The position numbers and the translations under genes were made by a program. Below the pieces are notes generated by a model. It was given only the letters and a program-made list of their open reading frames with translations. It did not search any database and was not told the origin of the DNA. From positions 1 to 64,000 of the forward strand of contig NIVC01003952.1 in assembly GCA_002269645.1 (NCBI GenBank): 64,000 nt of DNA, read 5' to 3'. The DNA comes from Macrostomum lignano. Lineage: Eukaryota. The stretch's first letter is position 1. Every line of letters starts with the position of its first letter. This document shows positions 62,305-64,000 of the stretch, in pieces.

Positions 62305-63068
62305 TGATGGGCGATTCTTGATGAATTTGATGGGCGATTCTTAGAGAATTTGATGGGCGATTCTTGATGAATTTGATGGGCGATTCTTGATGAATTTGAT
62401 GGGCGATTCTTGATGAATTTGAGGGGCGATTCTTGATGAATTTGATGGGCGATTCTTGATGAATTTGATGGGCGATTCTTGATGAATTTGATGGGCGATT
62501 CTTGATGAATTTGATGGGCGATTCTTAGAGAATTTGATGGGCGATTCTTGATGAATTTGATGGGCGATTCTTGATGAATTTGATGGGGATTCTTGATGAA
62601 TTTGATGGGCGATTCTTGATGAATTTGATGGGCGATTCTTGATGAATTTGATGGGCGATTCTTGGGGAATTCGATGGGCGATTCTTGGGAATTTAAACAG
62701 GCGATTCTTGATGAATTTGATGGGCGATTCTTGATGAATTTGATGGGCGATTCTTGATGAATTTGATGGGCGATTCTTAGAGAATTTGATGGGCGATTCT
62801 TGGGGAATTTGATGGGCGATTCTTGATGAATTTGATGGGTGATTCTTGGGGAATTTGATGGGCGATTCTTGGGGAATTTAACAGGCGATACTTGATGAAT
62901 TTGATGGGCGATTCTTGATGAATTTGATGGGCGATTCTTGATGAATTTGATGGGCGATTCTTGATGAATTTGATGGGCGATTCTTGATGAATTTGATGGG
63001 CGATTCTTGGGGAATTTGATGGGCGATTCTTGATGAATTTGATGGGCGATTCTTGGGGAATTTGATGG
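62305..63068. repeat. 23-bp minisatellite (GATGGGCGATTCTTGATGAATTT)n
   Basis: About 33 units filling the intron 62260-63208. Confidence 0.95.
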
Positions 63069-63208
63069 GGTTTGTAGAGCGCAGGAAAAAAGCAGCAAAA
63101 TTTGGTGCACAGCAATTCTTTATGAGATGTGACAAAGGCAAATTTCGCTTCAAAAAGTTGGCATAGCGGTCACTGAATCGGCCGAGTTAAAATTAAGCAT
63201 CCAATTAC

Positions 63209-63489
63209 CTGCGGGAACATGCCGCTGGCGGCCAATTCCTCTTTCAACGGTTCAAGCAGGCTTCGAATTCTATCCACAGTAAGATCCTCGGTTCTCTGCA
63301 GGTGCAAATCTGGATACCTCGAACGCAGCAGTCGCCAAAGAGCCTCTTTGGGCGTCTGGTTGGCGGCAGCGGTGGCAGAGGTGGAGCGGCGGCGGAGGCG
63401 GCGGTGTCAACTGCGGGCGACGGCTGGTTCGGGACACCGGCGGACGCCGTGGTGAGGTTGCGGGTGACCTGTTTGAGAATGTCGGCCAC
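63209..63489 (-). CDS. Penultimate exon of the same gene (one frameshift needed)
   Basis: ctcgcag|GTG GCC GAC ... CCG CAG|gtaatt; 281 nt with stops in all three frames; +1 nt near 63386 gives VADILKQV...TPKEALWRLLRSRYPDLHL...GMFPQ. Confidence 0.6.
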
Positions 63490-63551
63490 CTGCGAGGTGG
63501 GGGGATGGAGTTTCAGTTTTCCGGTTGGTTATGAAATTACTACTAACGCTC

Positions 63552-64000
63552 GCTTCCGCTTCCAGCTTCCGCTTCCAGCTTCCGCTTCCAGCTTCCGCTT
63601 CCAGCTTCCGCTTCCAGCTTCCGCTTCCAGCTTCCGCTTCCAGCTTCCGCTTCCAGCTTCCGCTTCCAGCTTCCGCTTCCAGCTTCCGCTTCCAGCTTCC
63701 GCTTCCAGCTTCCGCTTCCAGCTTCCGCTTCCAGCTTCCGCTTCCAGCTTCCGCTTCCAGCTTCCGCTTCCAGCTTCCGCTTCCAGCTTCCGCTTCCAGC
63801 TTCCGCTTCCAGCTTCCGCTTCCAGCTTCCGCTTCCAGCTTCCGCTTCAGCTTCCGCTTCCAGCTTCCGCTTCCAGCTTCCGCTTCCAGCTTCCGCTTCC
63901 AGCTTCCGCTTCCAGCTTCCGCTTCCAGCTTCCGCTTCCAGCTTCCGCTTCCAGCTTCCGCTTCCAGCTTCCGCTTCCAGCTTCCGCTTCCAGCTTCCGC
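63552..64000. repeat. 13-bp repeat (CAGCTTCCGCTTC)n running off the window end
   Basis: Near-perfect GCTTCC + GCTTCCA composite array. Confidence 0.97.

Overview
Eukaryotic (metazoan) genomic DNA; no prokaryotic features and no CRISPR. GC-rich exons with poly-Ala/Gln tracts and very dense minisatellites (about a third of the window by my rough tally) suggest a free-living flatworm such as Macrostomum; this is inference, not proven. Three spliced genes lie in tandem on the minus strand: (1) the 3' end of a gene whose terminal C-x8-C-x4-C-x3-H zinc finger appears only after correcting two 1-nt frameshifts (61895-63489); (2) a complete 12-exon DENND5/Rab6IP1 orthologue (23811-47491, 4443 nt, 1480 aa, all splice phases consistent); (3) a 3-exon gene for a 183-aa secreted precursor with two cystine-knot-like domains (19285-22145). 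A ~960-bp intronless ORF cassette with its own CCAAT/GC/TATA promoter occurs twice in inverted orientation (5370-6331, 57307-58268). Mobile DNA includes two DD34D mariners with recognisable ends, a DD37E Tc1-like element nested in one of them, two degenerate mariner fossils (one carrying a hAT MITE), a Harbinger-type MITE and a CORE-like SINE. There is also an intronic tRNA-Ser(CGA) and a 28S rRNA fragment. Tandem-array boundaries are approximate; exon and transposon ends were read to the base by hand.
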